From: Oligoflexia bacterium
GTDB lineage: Bacteria; Bdellovibrionota; UBA1018
Assembly (NCBI GenBank): GCA_046317855.1
Contig: JBKCVM010000147.1
Location: 3,956-67,955, forward strand
Direction: 5' to 3'
Length of the DNA: 64,000 nt
Part shown: positions 1 through 12,750 of the stretch, piece by piece
Position numbering within the stretch: position 1 is the stretch's first letter
Layout of the letters: every line of letters begins with the position of its first letter
Program-made: the position numbers and the translations under genes
The notes under the pieces: model-generated
Told to the model about the DNA's origin: nothing
Databases searched by the model: none
What the model saw: only the letters and a program-made list of their open reading frames with translations

Positions 1-1
1 T

Positions 2-4181
<4,180 letters not shown>

Positions 4182-4196
4182 GAAGTCTTGGCCCGC

Positions 4197-4286
4197 GGAG
4201 AGGTGGCAGAGTGGTCGAATGCGCCGGTTTTGAAAACCGGAGTGGGGGCAACCTCACCGGGGGTTCGAATCCCTCCCTCTCCGCCA
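4197..4286 (+). tRNA. tRNA-Ser (anticodon UGA), 90 nt with long variable arm and encoded CCA
   Basis: Acceptor GGAGAGG pairs with CCTCTCC. Anticodon stem CCGGT/ACCGG with loop TTTGAAA gives anticodon TGA. T-loop TTCGAAT; discriminator G plus CCA. Lies 15 bp downstream of serS. Confidence 0.85.
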
Positions 4287-4339
4287 CTTTGGGGTGTTGG
4301 ACACCTTTTACTTAAGCGCCGCGTCATTGAGTTAAAACT

Positions 4340-5068
4340 ATGTGGCTTTTGCTGGCGGGCCTGATGGCCGGACTCATGGATTCGATCGCGGGTGGCGGGG
4401 GGCTGATCACTCTGCCGACTCTGCTGCTCCATGTCGGGCCCGGCGCCCACGCCATCGGCAGCAACAAGATTCCGGGTTTCATAGCAGCGTTCACTGCGCT
4501 GGTGGTTTACGCTCGCAAGGGACATTTGGACTGGCGCGGGGGGATCGCGTTTTCGGTGGCGTGTGCTGTCGGAGCCTTCGGCGGGTCTCAGGCAAGCCCC
4601 CACATTCCGCCTGAGTTTTTCAGGTACCTTCTGGCCGCTACTGTGCCGCTTATATTGGGGTTCGTTTTTTTCGGAAATCTTCTGCGCCGCAAGCTCGCTC
4701 ACGAGCACATTGCTCCGCAGTTTGGCCGGATCATCACAACCGGGCTTGTCGTGGGTTTTTACGACGGCGCCTGGGGCCCGGGCGGCGGCACCTTCATGCT
4801 TCTTGGCCTCATGGGCGTTGCGGGAATGGGACTGTTGCCGGCAATTGCGACTTCAAAGTTGGCCAATTCGTTCTCGGCGCTTTTTTCGGGAATTGGTTAC
4901 TGGAGCGCGGGGCTAGTGCGCGTCGAAGCAGGAGTTGCCGTCGCGGCCGGCGCCGTGATCGGCGCAACCATTGGTGCGCGAATGGCCTCGGCCAGAGCCG
5001 AGCGCGTAGCGCGGCCGGCGCTGGTGGCGGTGGCGATGCTGCTTCTGTGGCGCGTCTGGGCCATGTAA
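4340..5068 (+). CDS. TauE/SafE family (DUF81) sulfite/anion exporter-like membrane protein
   Basis: 242 aa, highly hydrophobic, with two Gly-rich internal repeats (GGGG..L..P.L, GAWGPGGGTF) typical of the TauE/SafE family. Confidence 0.7.
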   Translation: MWLLLAGLMAGLMDSIAGGGGLITLPTLLLHVGPGAHAIGSNKIPGFIAAFTALVVYARKGHLDWRGGIAFSVACAVGAFGGSQASPHIPPEFFRYLLAATVPLILGFVFFGNLLRRKLAHEHIAPQFGRIITTGLVVGFYDGAWGPGGGTFMLLGLMGVAGMGLLPAIATSKLANSFSALFSGIGYWSAGLVRVEAGVAVAAGAVIGATIGARMASARAERVARPALVAVAMLLLWRVWAM

Positions 5069-5146
5069 ACAGATTTTTCTTTTCCTCAGGCATCGGCCGT
5101 TTGTAGATTGCGTCGGCAAACCATCAACTCAATAAAGGAGGCTATT

Positions 5147-5764
5147 ATGAAGACTTTCAAGATGTCCCTCACCCTCGCATTCTCCCTGGCCCTCGCGGCC
5201 TTGTTCTCCCTTCCGGCAATGGCCAGCACGGCAGCGACCGCGAAGACCTATAAAATCGACGCTGCCCACTCGAGCGCCAGCTTCAAGGTTAAGCACCTGA
5301 TGAGCAAGACGGCTGGCAACTTTCAGGATTTCAGCGGTTCTTTTACTTTTGACGAGAAAAACCCCAAGAGCTTTTCGGGTTCGTTCACGATCCAGTCGAA
5401 GTCGATTTTTACTAATAACGCCAAGCGCGATGAGCATCTTCGCGGAGCAGATTTTTTCGACGTGGCAAAGTTTCCGACCCTGACTTTCGAGGCCAAAGAA
5501 TTCAAGGCAGCTGGCAAGGGCAAGTACAAGCTGGCCGGCGACCTCACCATGCACGGCGTGACCAAGCCCGTGAGCTTTGACGTCGAGTACCTGGGCGGGG
5601 GCAAGGATCCGTGGGGTAACGAAAAGGTCGGGTTTACGGCCGCCACCAAGGTCAACCGCAAGGATTTTGGCCTCACCTGGAACAAGGTCCTTGAGGCCGG
5701 CGGCCTGCTCGTGGGTGAAGAGGTCGAAATCGAAGTCCAGATCGAAGCCGACGCCACCAAGTAA
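5147..5764 (+). CDS. YceI-like periplasmic protein
   Basis: Signal peptide, then YKIDAAHSSASFKVKHLM...GNFQDFSG (YceI family signature region). RBS AAAGGAGG lies 6 nt upstream of the ATG at 5147. Confidence 0.8.
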   Translation: MKTFKMSLTLAFSLALAALFSLPAMASTAATAKTYKIDAAHSSASFKVKHLMSKTAGNFQDFSGSFTFDEKNPKSFSGSFTIQSKSIFTNNAKRDEHLRGADFFDVAKFPTLTFEAKEFKAAGKGKYKLAGDLTMHGVTKPVSFDVEYLGGGKDPWGNEKVGFTAATKVNRKDFGLTWNKVLEAGGLLVGEEVEIEVQIEADATK

Positions 5765-5855
5765 GTGAACTGGTCCCCGTCGCTATGAAGCGCCGGTTCA
5801 TATTGAAAACCGCCCGGGTGGCTGTTAGGTTCTGGCCCAATTGACCCGGGCGTGC

Positions 5856-5945
5856 GGAGAGATGGCCGAGTGGTCGAAGGCACACCCTTGCTAAGGGTGC
5901 AGGGGAGAAATCCCCTCGAGAGTTCGAATCTCTCTCTCTCCGCCA
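5856..5945 (+). tRNA. tRNA-Ser (anticodon GCU), 90 nt with long variable arm and encoded CCA
   Basis: Acceptor GGAGAGA/TCTCTCC; anticodon stem CACCC/GGGTG with loop TTGCTAA gives anticodon GCT; T-loop TTCGAAT; discriminator G plus CCA. Confidence 0.85.
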
Positions 5946-6056
5946 TTTTTCAAATAGCCCAGGCGCCTCTCTGTCAAAAACTTGCCGTCCCTCCGCGTTT
6001 GACAACCCGAACGCCGGCTGCACACAATGTAAAGGCAGAGGGGGAGCTGTTCAGCC

Positions 6057-7103
6057 ATGAGCGCATACGCCAATCCACAAAATCAGTCCCAAGCCGCCTC
6101 AGGCCTTGGGCAACTGGAGGGCTTGGCCGGAACGCTACGGGCCTTGGAGTCAGCTCTTCATCAAGAAAAAGAAAAATCCCGCAAGCTGGCTGCTGATTTA
6201 GCAGCCCAGTCGAATGCACAAGAGCAGGCCCTCCAAGAGCTGCGCACCCGCAATCGAGAGCTCGAGCTCAACCAAGAAAAATATAAAGCCGCGGTGTCGC
6301 TTCACCTCGAAAATGAAAACAAGATTTCCCAGCAGTACAAAGGTCTCAACGCGGAGTATCTGCGTCTGAGGGACGAGCTCAATCAGTACCGCGCTGCTTG
6401 GGCCGAGGTCCTTCAGCGTGAAAAAGAGGCAAAGCTCATCATTGCAGAGGGGGATAAGGCCCGAGAGCGAATTCGAGACCTCGAAAGGCAGCTGGACTCT
6501 GCTCTCGGGGAACAGGCCGAGTCCAGAAAACGCATTGAGCAACTGGAGCGCCACTCTAAGAGCTATCAAGAGGAGCTGCAGGCTGCGCTCATCCGTCTTC
6601 ATAGCGCTGAGAGTAAGTTTTCAGAGCTATCAAAAGAGTACGAGACTTTTAGGGCTTCAAAGCGAAACATGGACGAAGAGTTAGCCAAGATTGAAGCCAC
6701 GATGAGCGAGCGCATGCAGTGGGCTGCACTCAAAGAGCGTGAAAAGATTAGGACTGAGCTTGAGAAAGAGGCGGCCCAGGACCGCGAAAAATCGCGAGAA
6801 GCCTTTCACGAAATTCGCATCTCACTTGAGGCGCAGTTGGCCCGTCTTACGCAGAGTGTGATGGCAGAGGAGCGCCGCTCTCAGCAGCTCAGTAGCGTCT
6901 TGATCACAGAAAAAGTGCGGCATCAGGATGAGCTCTCCTTGTTGCAAGAAGAAGTACTAGGAATGCGCAAGATCCTGATTGAGGCCGTGGATTCGGAGGT
7001 CGATTTGGAGCTTGTGCTGGAGCAGCTCGACCAACAGCAGCAGCGCATCGCCGCAGCAAGAGCTAAGGCCACCGTGATGGCGCAGCCGGATGCGTCAATT
7101 TGA
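6057..7103 (+). CDS. Coiled-coil protein (Gln/Glu/Leu/Arg-rich, 348 aa), function unknown
   Basis: Heptad-type composition over essentially the whole length, with no enzymatic motifs. The 3' end overlaps the downstream GIY-YIG gene by 14 bp. Confidence 0.5.
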   Translation: MSAYANPQNQSQAASGLGQLEGLAGTLRALESALHQEKEKSRKLAADLAAQSNAQEQALQELRTRNRELELNQEKYKAAVSLHLENENKISQQYKGLNAEYLRLRDELNQYRAAWAEVLQREKEAKLIIAEGDKARERIRDLERQLDSALGEQAESRKRIEQLERHSKSYQEELQAALIRLHSAESKFSELSKEYETFRASKRNMDEELAKIEATMSERMQWAALKEREKIRTELEKEAAQDREKSREAFHEIRISLEAQLARLTQSVMAEERRSQQLSSVLITEKVRHQDELSLLQEEVLGMRKILIEAVDSEVDLELVLEQLDQQQQRIAAARAKATVMAQPDASI

Positions 7104-7947
7104 TCAGAAGTTTGGAGCCCAATTCTTAGCCGGCGTTCCTTTGCTTCCCGGGATTTATCGCTTTTTCGATAGAGACGGTGAGCTCATCTACGTGGGCAAG
7201 GCCATTCGGCTAAGGAGAAGGCTACAGCAGTACCGCAACTCCACACGACTCAGGCGCCACAAAAAGATGCGCAAGATTCTCAAGGAAGCTACGCGGCTTG
7301 AGTTTGAAGTGTGTGCCTCACATCGGGAGGCCTGCCTTCTTGAGCTCGATCTGATCCAGCGTTTGAGACCTCGTCTTAACGTGAGCGGCGCATATTCGTT
7401 TCTGTACCCCATGGTGGGAGTTTCGTACGACGTTGGATCATCGAGGCTTGTGCTCTCGCTAGCGGGTCGGGCTCCGGAGCAGAGTGCCAGTGCGGGATCG
7501 GCGTCTTGCGTCCGGTGGCATGGGTGTTATCGCTCGCGCGCGTGGACTCGCGAGTTCTTTTTTTCGCTCGTTGAGCTTCTTGAATTCTCGGCTCATCGTG
7601 AACCGACCCGCTCAGTGATGTCTGCACCGCAAGGGCGAGAGCGCAGTGTGGTGCGGATTGGGTTTAGGCAGGTTGACCGCGACTGGGTTGAAGGACTTGA
7701 GCGACTCCTTCGAGGAGAGGAGGCTGAGGAATTTTTATCTCGATGGATTCTTCAGCTTGTGGACAATGCGGGGGCTCGCGCTCGGAGTGCCTGGGTCCAA
7801 GATCAAATCAAAATCATGACAGCATTTTACCGGCGAGAGTGCCTCAGCTTGAAGCGCGCGCGTGAGCAGTCGGATTTTCACCAGTACCCAGTAGCCAGAG
7901 AACTCAGAGATAGGATCTTTCTTGAGGCACGGCTCCGACTTCAATGA
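7090..7947 (+). CDS. Cho-like excinuclease (UvrC N-terminal homolog, GIY-YIG nuclease, 285 aa)
   Basis: PGIYRFFDRDGELIYVGKAIRLRRRLQQY matches the UvrC/Cho GIY-YIG motif. REACLLELDLIQRLRPRLN matches the UvrC/Cho second conserved block. Size is similar to E. coli Cho (295 aa). Confidence 0.7.
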   Translation: MRQFDQKFGAQFLAGVPLLPGIYRFFDRDGELIYVGKAIRLRRRLQQYRNSTRLRRHKKMRKILKEATRLEFEVCASHREACLLELDLIQRLRPRLNVSGAYSFLYPMVGVSYDVGSSRLVLSLAGRAPEQSASAGSASCVRWHGCYRSRAWTREFFFSLVELLEFSAHREPTRSVMSAPQGRERSVVRIGFRQVDRDWVEGLERLLRGEEAEEFLSRWILQLVDNAGARARSAWVQDQIKIMTAFYRRECLSLKRAREQSDFHQYPVARELRDRIFLEARLRLQ

Positions 7948-8020
7948 GGGGTTTAGCCTCGAGACGGTTTAGGCGGCAGGGGCTCGGGGAGATTTTCCTG
8001 CAGTCTGTGACGCAGGTTCT

Positions 8021-9271
8021 TTACTTCGAGGCAGATTTCTTTGGGCCGTCAATGGCAACCGACAAGGTCATGTCTGAAAGCACATTGGTGACCGAGCGAG
8101 CTCGACCCAAGATCCAGTCGACCGAAAGCAGCAAAGGGAGGTTTTCGATTGGGAGGCCAACTGCTGTAAGCACGAGTGAAAGTGAAATGAAGCCAGCGTC
8201 TGGAACTCCGGCCACGCCCATTCCGGTCAGCATGCAAAGCACGGCCGCGGATAGCTGCTGTGAAAGGGTGAGATCCATTCCCATTGCCTGGGCCACTGTT
8301 AAAAAAGCCATTCCCTCATAGAGCAGAATTCCGTCGTTATTGAGGTTCGTACCCACGCACGCGCCCAGAGCTGAAGCTTGTCTCGAGACACCAAGGCGAT
8401 CGAGCGCTCGAAGCGTAAAAGGCAGAGTCGCAAGGCTTGAGTTGGTGCCGATGGACTGCACGACCGGAGTCCGGGCTTCACTCCAAAACTGTAAAAGGCT
8501 ACGCTTACAAATCAGCCGAATCCAGCCTTGGTAGGTGATCAAAATGTGGAGCGTGAGTCCCAAGAGGGCAACTCCAAGGTACGGAAAAAGACCTGACAGC
8601 GGACCGTAGCCAAAGCGAGCCACTGCTGAACTCACTGCGCCAAAAACGGCAAATGGGATGGCTCGCGTGATAAAGAAAAGAATTCGCTCCGAAAGCCGCT
8701 GCCCCAGCGCCAGGGTGTTCGAAAAGCGGGTGAGTGCATCTTCTTCTTCTTTTGGATGAGCCTGGCGGGCCTGGTGCTTGCGCTCACCCCGGATGGCTAA
8801 GCCCAACAGCAGGGCTAAGAGAATGACTGGGATCACTGCATTATCCACAAATGGCTTTAGGGTGCTATCCGGGATCCAGCTGCCTAAGTTTTTCATCCAG
8901 TCCAACTTAAGATCGTTTGCAGTGGGAGTGGTCGCAGAAATCGCCGACATCAGATCACCCGAAAGCCCTGTCCTCCAGAGCTCGCGCAGGGCGTCGCCGG
9001 GTCTCAGCCAGTGTGAGAGGAGAATTCCGATGGTGAGCGCTAGGGTTGCGTTGATCGCAGCGATCCCCACCATACGAAGCCCACTCTTGAGCCTAACCTC
9101 AGTGGAGTGAACAGCGTTGACCACGGCAAAAAAAAGAAGCGGCACAGCCACGGCCTTGATGAGTTGAACCACCCATTTGGAAACTTCAGAAAGGAGGGGG
9201 GCGACCGGTCCGGCAAATGGACCTGCCACGAGTCCCAGTAAAAGCCCAATGATGAGTGGAAGGGTTCCCAT
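8021..9271 (-). CDS. Dicarboxylate/amino acid:cation symporter (DAACS/GltP family)
   Basis: 416 aa polytopic membrane protein with conserved symporter segments (GxxxNxDG region; GVPDAGFISLSLVL hairpin-loop-like motif). Confidence 0.8.
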   Translation of the reverse strand: MGTLPLIIGLLLGLVAGPFAGPVAPLLSEVSKWVVQLIKAVAVPLLFFAVVNAVHSTEVRLKSGLRMVGIAAINATLALTIGILLSHWLRPGDALRELWRTGLSGDLMSAISATTPTANDLKLDWMKNLGSWIPDSTLKPFVDNAVIPVILLALLLGLAIRGERKHQARQAHPKEEEDALTRFSNTLALGQRLSERILFFITRAIPFAVFGAVSSAVARFGYGPLSGLFPYLGVALLGLTLHILITYQGWIRLICKRSLLQFWSEARTPVVQSIGTNSSLATLPFTLRALDRLGVSRQASALGACVGTNLNNDGILLYEGMAFLTVAQAMGMDLTLSQQLSAAVLCMLTGMGVAGVPDAGFISLSLVLTAVGLPIENLPLLLSVDWILGRARSVTNVLSDMTLSVAIDGPKKSASK

Positions 9272-10905
9272 TAGGCTCGCCGGTCCAAGTACTCATTGTA
9301 AGTGCCTTCGTAAACGCGGAGCTCGCCCTTACCGAGTTCGAAGACTTTGTTAGTCACTTGGCGCAAAAAGTGGCGGTCATGACTTACGAGGAGCACAGTT
9401 CCCTCAAAGCCTTTGAGGGCTTCGAGCAGCATCTCGCGCGAGCGAATGTCGAGATGGTTGGTGGGCTCATCCAAAATTAAAAGATTGTTGGGTCGCGCCA
9501 GGAGAGTGGCTAGAACGACGCGGCTTTTTTCTCCGCCGGAGAGGACTGCAACTTTCTTGTAAACGTCATCACCGCTGAATAAAAATGCGCCCAAAAGATT
9601 TCTGACATAGCCAATGGTGGCTTCAGGAATGCGGTCGTGGATTTCGTCAAAAATCGTCTTGTTGGGATTCAGGACGTCGAGGGCATGTTGACTGAAATAC
9701 CCAATGTTGATGCCGGCTCCCACTGACAGGTCGCCTGCCGTGGGCTCGGCTTGACCCGCTACGAGTTTGAGGAAGGTGGATTTTCCGGCGCCGTTGACTC
9801 CCACCACTGCGACACGGTCCAGGCGTTTGACGAGTCCGGTGGCGCCCGCAAACACAGTGTGGTCCGTTCCGTTTTCTTTTTTCCAAATCTTCTGAAGCTC
9901 TTTGAATCGGACAACGTCGTTTCCTCCCCGTGGTGGAACAGGAAATTCAAACGACACGGACCGCTCCTCAGTCGGAATCTCAACGCGGTCGATCTTCTCA
10001 AGCTTTTTGATACGCGACTGAACTTGGGCGGCGTGCGACGCACGGGCTGCAAAGCGAGCGATGAACTCTTCTTCTTTTGCCAACATGTCTTGCTGCTTTT
10101 TGTGCTGAGCAAGCAGCTGTTCACGGCGGATTTCACGCTCGCGCTCGTAAAAGTCATAATTTCCCGAGTAGCTGGTGACTGTCTGATTGGCGACCTCGAC
10201 AACTCGCGAGACGATGCGGTTCATGAACTCACGGTCATGGCTTGTCATGACGAGTGCGCCCTTGAAGTTGCGGAGCCACTCTTCCAGCCAAAGGATGGAT
10301 TCTAAGTCCAGATGGTTAGTGGGCTCGTCCATCAGCAGTACATCAGGCTGGAGTACGAGCATCTTGGCGAGTTCGATCCGCATTTTCCAGCCACCGCTGA
10401 AGCTCTCGACACGGGCAGAATGGTCATCCGGCCCGATACCAAGCCCCGTGAGGACTTCACGCGCGCGGGATTCGAGCGTGTAGCCGCCGCGGCTCTCAAA
10501 TTCGAGCTGCAGTTCGCCCATGCGCTCGATGACGGTATTCATGCGTTCCATCGATGCTTCGTCATCCATTTTGGAAGAGAGCTCTGTGAGCTCGTCTTCG
10601 AGCGCTTTGAGGCGGCTAGCCAGCTCTGAAACCTTGCCCGCTCCGGCCATGACTTCTTCAAGGGCCGTGCGGCCCTTCATTTCACCAACCTCTTGTGAAA
10701 AATACCCGATCACCCACTTGTCCGGGCGGGTCACCGTGCCAGAGTCAATGCCCTGCTCGCCCATGATGATTCGAAAAATGGAAGTCTTGCCGGCGCCATT
10801 GGGGCCCACGAGGCCGATCTTTTCTCCGGGTTTGATCTGCAAGCTTGCGCCCTTGTAGAGGACCTTCGAGCCGTACTGCTTATGGATGTCGGATAGGGCG
10901 ATCAC
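9271..10905 (-). CDS. ABC-F family ATPase (two tandem ABC domains, no transmembrane domain)
   Basis: Two Walker A motifs (GPNGAGKTS, GVNGAGKST), two ABC signature motifs (LSGGEKSRV, FSGGWKMRIELA), and an inter-domain linker. Confidence 0.85.
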   Translation of the reverse strand: MIALSDIHKQYGSKVLYKGASLQIKPGEKIGLVGPNGAGKTSIFRIIMGEQGIDSGTVTRPDKWVIGYFSQEVGEMKGRTALEEVMAGAGKVSELASRLKALEDELTELSSKMDDEASMERMNTVIERMGELQLEFESRGGYTLESRAREVLTGLGIGPDDHSARVESFSGGWKMRIELAKMLVLQPDVLLMDEPTNHLDLESILWLEEWLRNFKGALVMTSHDREFMNRIVSRVVEVANQTVTSYSGNYDFYEREREIRREQLLAQHKKQQDMLAKEEEFIARFAARASHAAQVQSRIKKLEKIDRVEIPTEERSVSFEFPVPPRGGNDVVRFKELQKIWKKENGTDHTVFAGATGLVKRLDRVAVVGVNGAGKSTFLKLVAGQAEPTAGDLSVGAGINIGYFSQHALDVLNPNKTIFDEIHDRIPEATIGYVRNLLGAFLFSGDDVYKKVAVLSGGEKSRVVLATLLARPNNLLILDEPTNHLDIRSREMLLEALKGFEGTVLLVSHDRHFLRQVTNKVFELGKGELRVYEGTYNEYLDRRA

Positions 10906-10926
10906 GCCCCGGGATCTACCCCAGAA

Positions 10927-11460
10927 TCAGGGGTGCGCAAAGGTGGATTCGCCCCGCACTGCGGCCCAGGCGGCAAGCACGGCACCCGCCAGCCAGAGGG
11001 CGCTAAAAACAGCCGAAGCCGAGTGCAAGTGTCCGTTCTGCAAGCCTGCCCACATCAAAAGCGCCCACGAAAGGGCCATGATTGGCGTGAAGATCCAAAA
11101 CCCCATTCGCACCGAGACCCTCCGCTCGTCACGCGACAAGAACGTGCGCGCCGCAAGCCCGGTAAGCAGGCTGAAGGCCACCCCGCAGCCCAGGCCGCAC
11201 ACGGCATCGCCATAGGATGCCAAAAAGGCGAGCGGATCAAACTCAAGGCCCAGCGGATGAAAGCCGAACTGCGGGCAGACCAGTAGCGACAGAGCCGCGG
11301 CTACTGAGTGAATGCCGAGCACCTTGAAAAGAAGCAAAAGGTAACTGGGCTCAAGCTCCTGCCTCACGAGGGTCTGCAGTTCATCTCGAATGATGGGTGA
11401 GGGCTGGAGCTCCGGTGATTGAACAATCGAGTCCCAGGAGTCATCGTGCACGGGCTTCAT
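10927..11460 (-). CDS. Putative membrane-bound anti-sigma factor (177 aa, several TM helices)
   Basis: Overlaps the upstream ECF sigma gene by 4 bp (translationally coupled). Hydrophobic TM segments and no ZAS motif. Assignment is by position only. Confidence 0.4.
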   Translation of the reverse strand: MKPVHDDSWDSIVQSPELQPSPIIRDELQTLVRQELEPSYLLLLFKVLGIHSVAAALSLLVCPQFGFHPLGLEFDPLAFLASYGDAVCGLGCGVAFSLLTGLAARTFLSRDERRVSVRMGFWIFTPIMALSWALLMWAGLQNGHLHSASAVFSALWLAGAVLAAWAAVRGESTFAHP

Positions 11461-12029
11461 CGAACGTTCCCTCCCGAAAGCGAGCGGAGCTTTTTTACTG
11501 CGCGGCTCACGCGCTGGCGTGCTGAGGCGGACGAGATGCCCAGGCGCGCGGCAATGGCTTCGAAGGAAAACTCACGCAGGTACCTGAGCTCAAGCACTTC
11601 ACGATGTGGGGGCTCCAGCCGGTCGAGCAGGGGCTGGGCCAGCACGGGGTCTTGTCCGGTACCTGGCGGGTTCTCGGCTTGCGGCTCCGAAAGGGTCTCG
11701 AGCACCGCTTCGGGAGCCTCATGGCCGGGCCGGGCCGGGTTCTTGAATTCACGCCGGAGCGCGTCAATGAGCTGGGTGCGGATGAGCGAAAAAAACCACG
11801 GCCCGAAGGGTTGGCTGGGATGGTACTGGTGGCGGGCCCGGTGCAGCTTTAAAAAAACGGCCTGTAAAATCTCTTCGGCTCGAGCACGGTCACCAATCCG
11901 AGTGACGAGGTACCCCAGCACCTGCCCAGAGTGGCGGGCGTAGAGTGTATTAAAGGCATGGGCGTCGCCGGATTGGTAAAGCTTCATGAGGGACTCATCG
12001 TTTGGTTCCGTTTTTGCCTTCTCCGTCAT
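11457..12029 (-). CDS. ECF-family RNA polymerase sigma factor (sigma-70 regions 2 and 4)
   Basis: DESLMKLYQSGDAHAFNTLYARH aligns with the ECF region 2.1/2.2 pattern (compare RpoE LVERVQKGDQKAFNLLVVRY). C-terminal region 4 HTH (FEAIAARLGISSASARQRVSRA). ATG at 12029 is chosen; the ORF-track TTG at 12047 is an extension. Confidence 0.8.
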   Translation of the reverse strand: MTEKAKTEPNDESLMKLYQSGDAHAFNTLYARHSGQVLGYLVTRIGDRARAEEILQAVFLKLHRARHQYHPSQPFGPWFFSLIRTQLIDALRREFKNPARPGHEAPEAVLETLSEPQAENPPGTGQDPVLAQPLLDRLEPPHREVLELRYLREFSFEAIAARLGISSASARQRVSRAVKKLRSLSGGNVR

Positions 12030-12036
12030 GAATGAA

Positions 12037-12090
12037 TACGCTCTCAAAAAATAATTTGTGACCAGTCACAAGGCATCCTGGCCCTTCGTA
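12037..12090. promoter_or_regulatory. Palindromic back-to-back ECF-type promoters: GTCACA-N16-CGTA on both strands sharing a TGTGAC-CA-GTCACA core
   Basis: Plus strand: GTCACA at 12065-12070, a 16-nt spacer, then CGTA at 12087-12090, upstream of the Cys-rich ORF. Minus strand: GTCACA (complement of 12057-12062), a 16-nt spacer, then CGTA (complement of 12037-12040), 7 nt before the sigma ATG. This resembles the TGTCACA-N16-CGTC class of ECF promoters. Confidence 0.4.
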
Positions 12091-12130
12091 CCTTTCAATG
12101 ACAGGCCATCACTAAAAGGAGATTTTGACC

Positions 12131-12349
12131 ATGAATTCATTCAAGAAATCAATTTACGGCGCCCTATTTGCCCTCTCGGCTGCCGCCATTTCGACCCCAC
12201 CGGCCCTGGCTGCCGGCAAGGAGTGTGCATGTGATTCGAAGTGCATGGAGAGCTGTGCCAAGGGAGACACCAAGAGCTGTTCGTGCAAGACCTGCGATTG
12301 CTCCAAGGACAAGGGCTGCAGTCACGATAAGTGCAATCACAAGCGCTGA
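12131..12349 (+). CDS. Secreted Cys-rich mini-protein (72 aa; signal peptide plus about 45 aa with 12 Cys in CxC/CxxC arrays), metallothionein-like
   Basis: RBS AAAGGAG lies 10 nt upstream of the ATG. Signal peptide ...PPALAAG, then KECACDSKCMESCAKGDTKSCSCKTCDCSKDKGCSHDKCNHKR. Confidence 0.55.
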   Translation: MNSFKKSIYGALFALSAAAISTPPALAAGKECACDSKCMESCAKGDTKSCSCKTCDCSKDKGCSHDKCNHKR

Positions 12350-12415
12350 GCCGGTTGACTCGAGTACGAAATATGCGACACCCTCCTGAGCGGGCGACAG
12401 CCAGGGGGGTGTTTC

Positions 12416-12739
12416 GTGAAGAGTTCAGTGCTTGGGAGTATTTTCGCTTTAGGTGCTCTGCTTTCTGTCCCGGCTTTTTGTGAGGAGTCGGCGGCAGGTG
12501 TCAATCTCAGGTTCAAGGCCGTGGATGTCTGCACGATGTGGGGCAGCTTTCAGGACCGCGACGGCAGGCCCTTTCAGGGCTGCACTCTTTACCCGCGTCG
12601 CATGGAAATCGTCGACTCCTTCAGCCTGCAACAGGAACTGACGGCGCTCGAGCGCCGAATTGAGAAGCTCGAGGCCCTGATCCAGAGGATCGAGGAGCTC
12701 GAAAGTTTGGCTCTTCTCAAGTCCAAGTCCTTCCCCTAA
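12416..12739 (+). CDS. Secreted hypothetical protein with C-terminal coiled-coil (107 aa)
   Basis: GTG start, signal peptide, C-terminal LTALERRIEKLEALIQRIEELE heptads. Confidence 0.35.
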   Translation: MKSSVLGSIFALGALLSVPAFCEESAAGVNLRFKAVDVCTMWGSFQDRDGRPFQGCTLYPRRMEIVDSFSLQQELTALERRIEKLEALIQRIEELESLALLKSKSFP

Positions 12740-12750
12740 AGTGCCGCGTC

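Noticed and set aside
9647-10858. Multiple 60-184-aa ORFs on both strands inside the ABC-F gene
   Set aside because: Nested within a well-supported two-domain ABC ATPase; no independent coding evidence.
12057-12070. Palindrome TGTGAC-CA-GTCACA interpreted as a CRP/FNR-family dimer site
   Set aside because: The exact GTCACA-N16-CGTA geometry on both strands fits ECF promoters better than a 5-4-5 CRP/FNR box. This is kept only as an alternative, since no CRP/FNR gene is adjacent.
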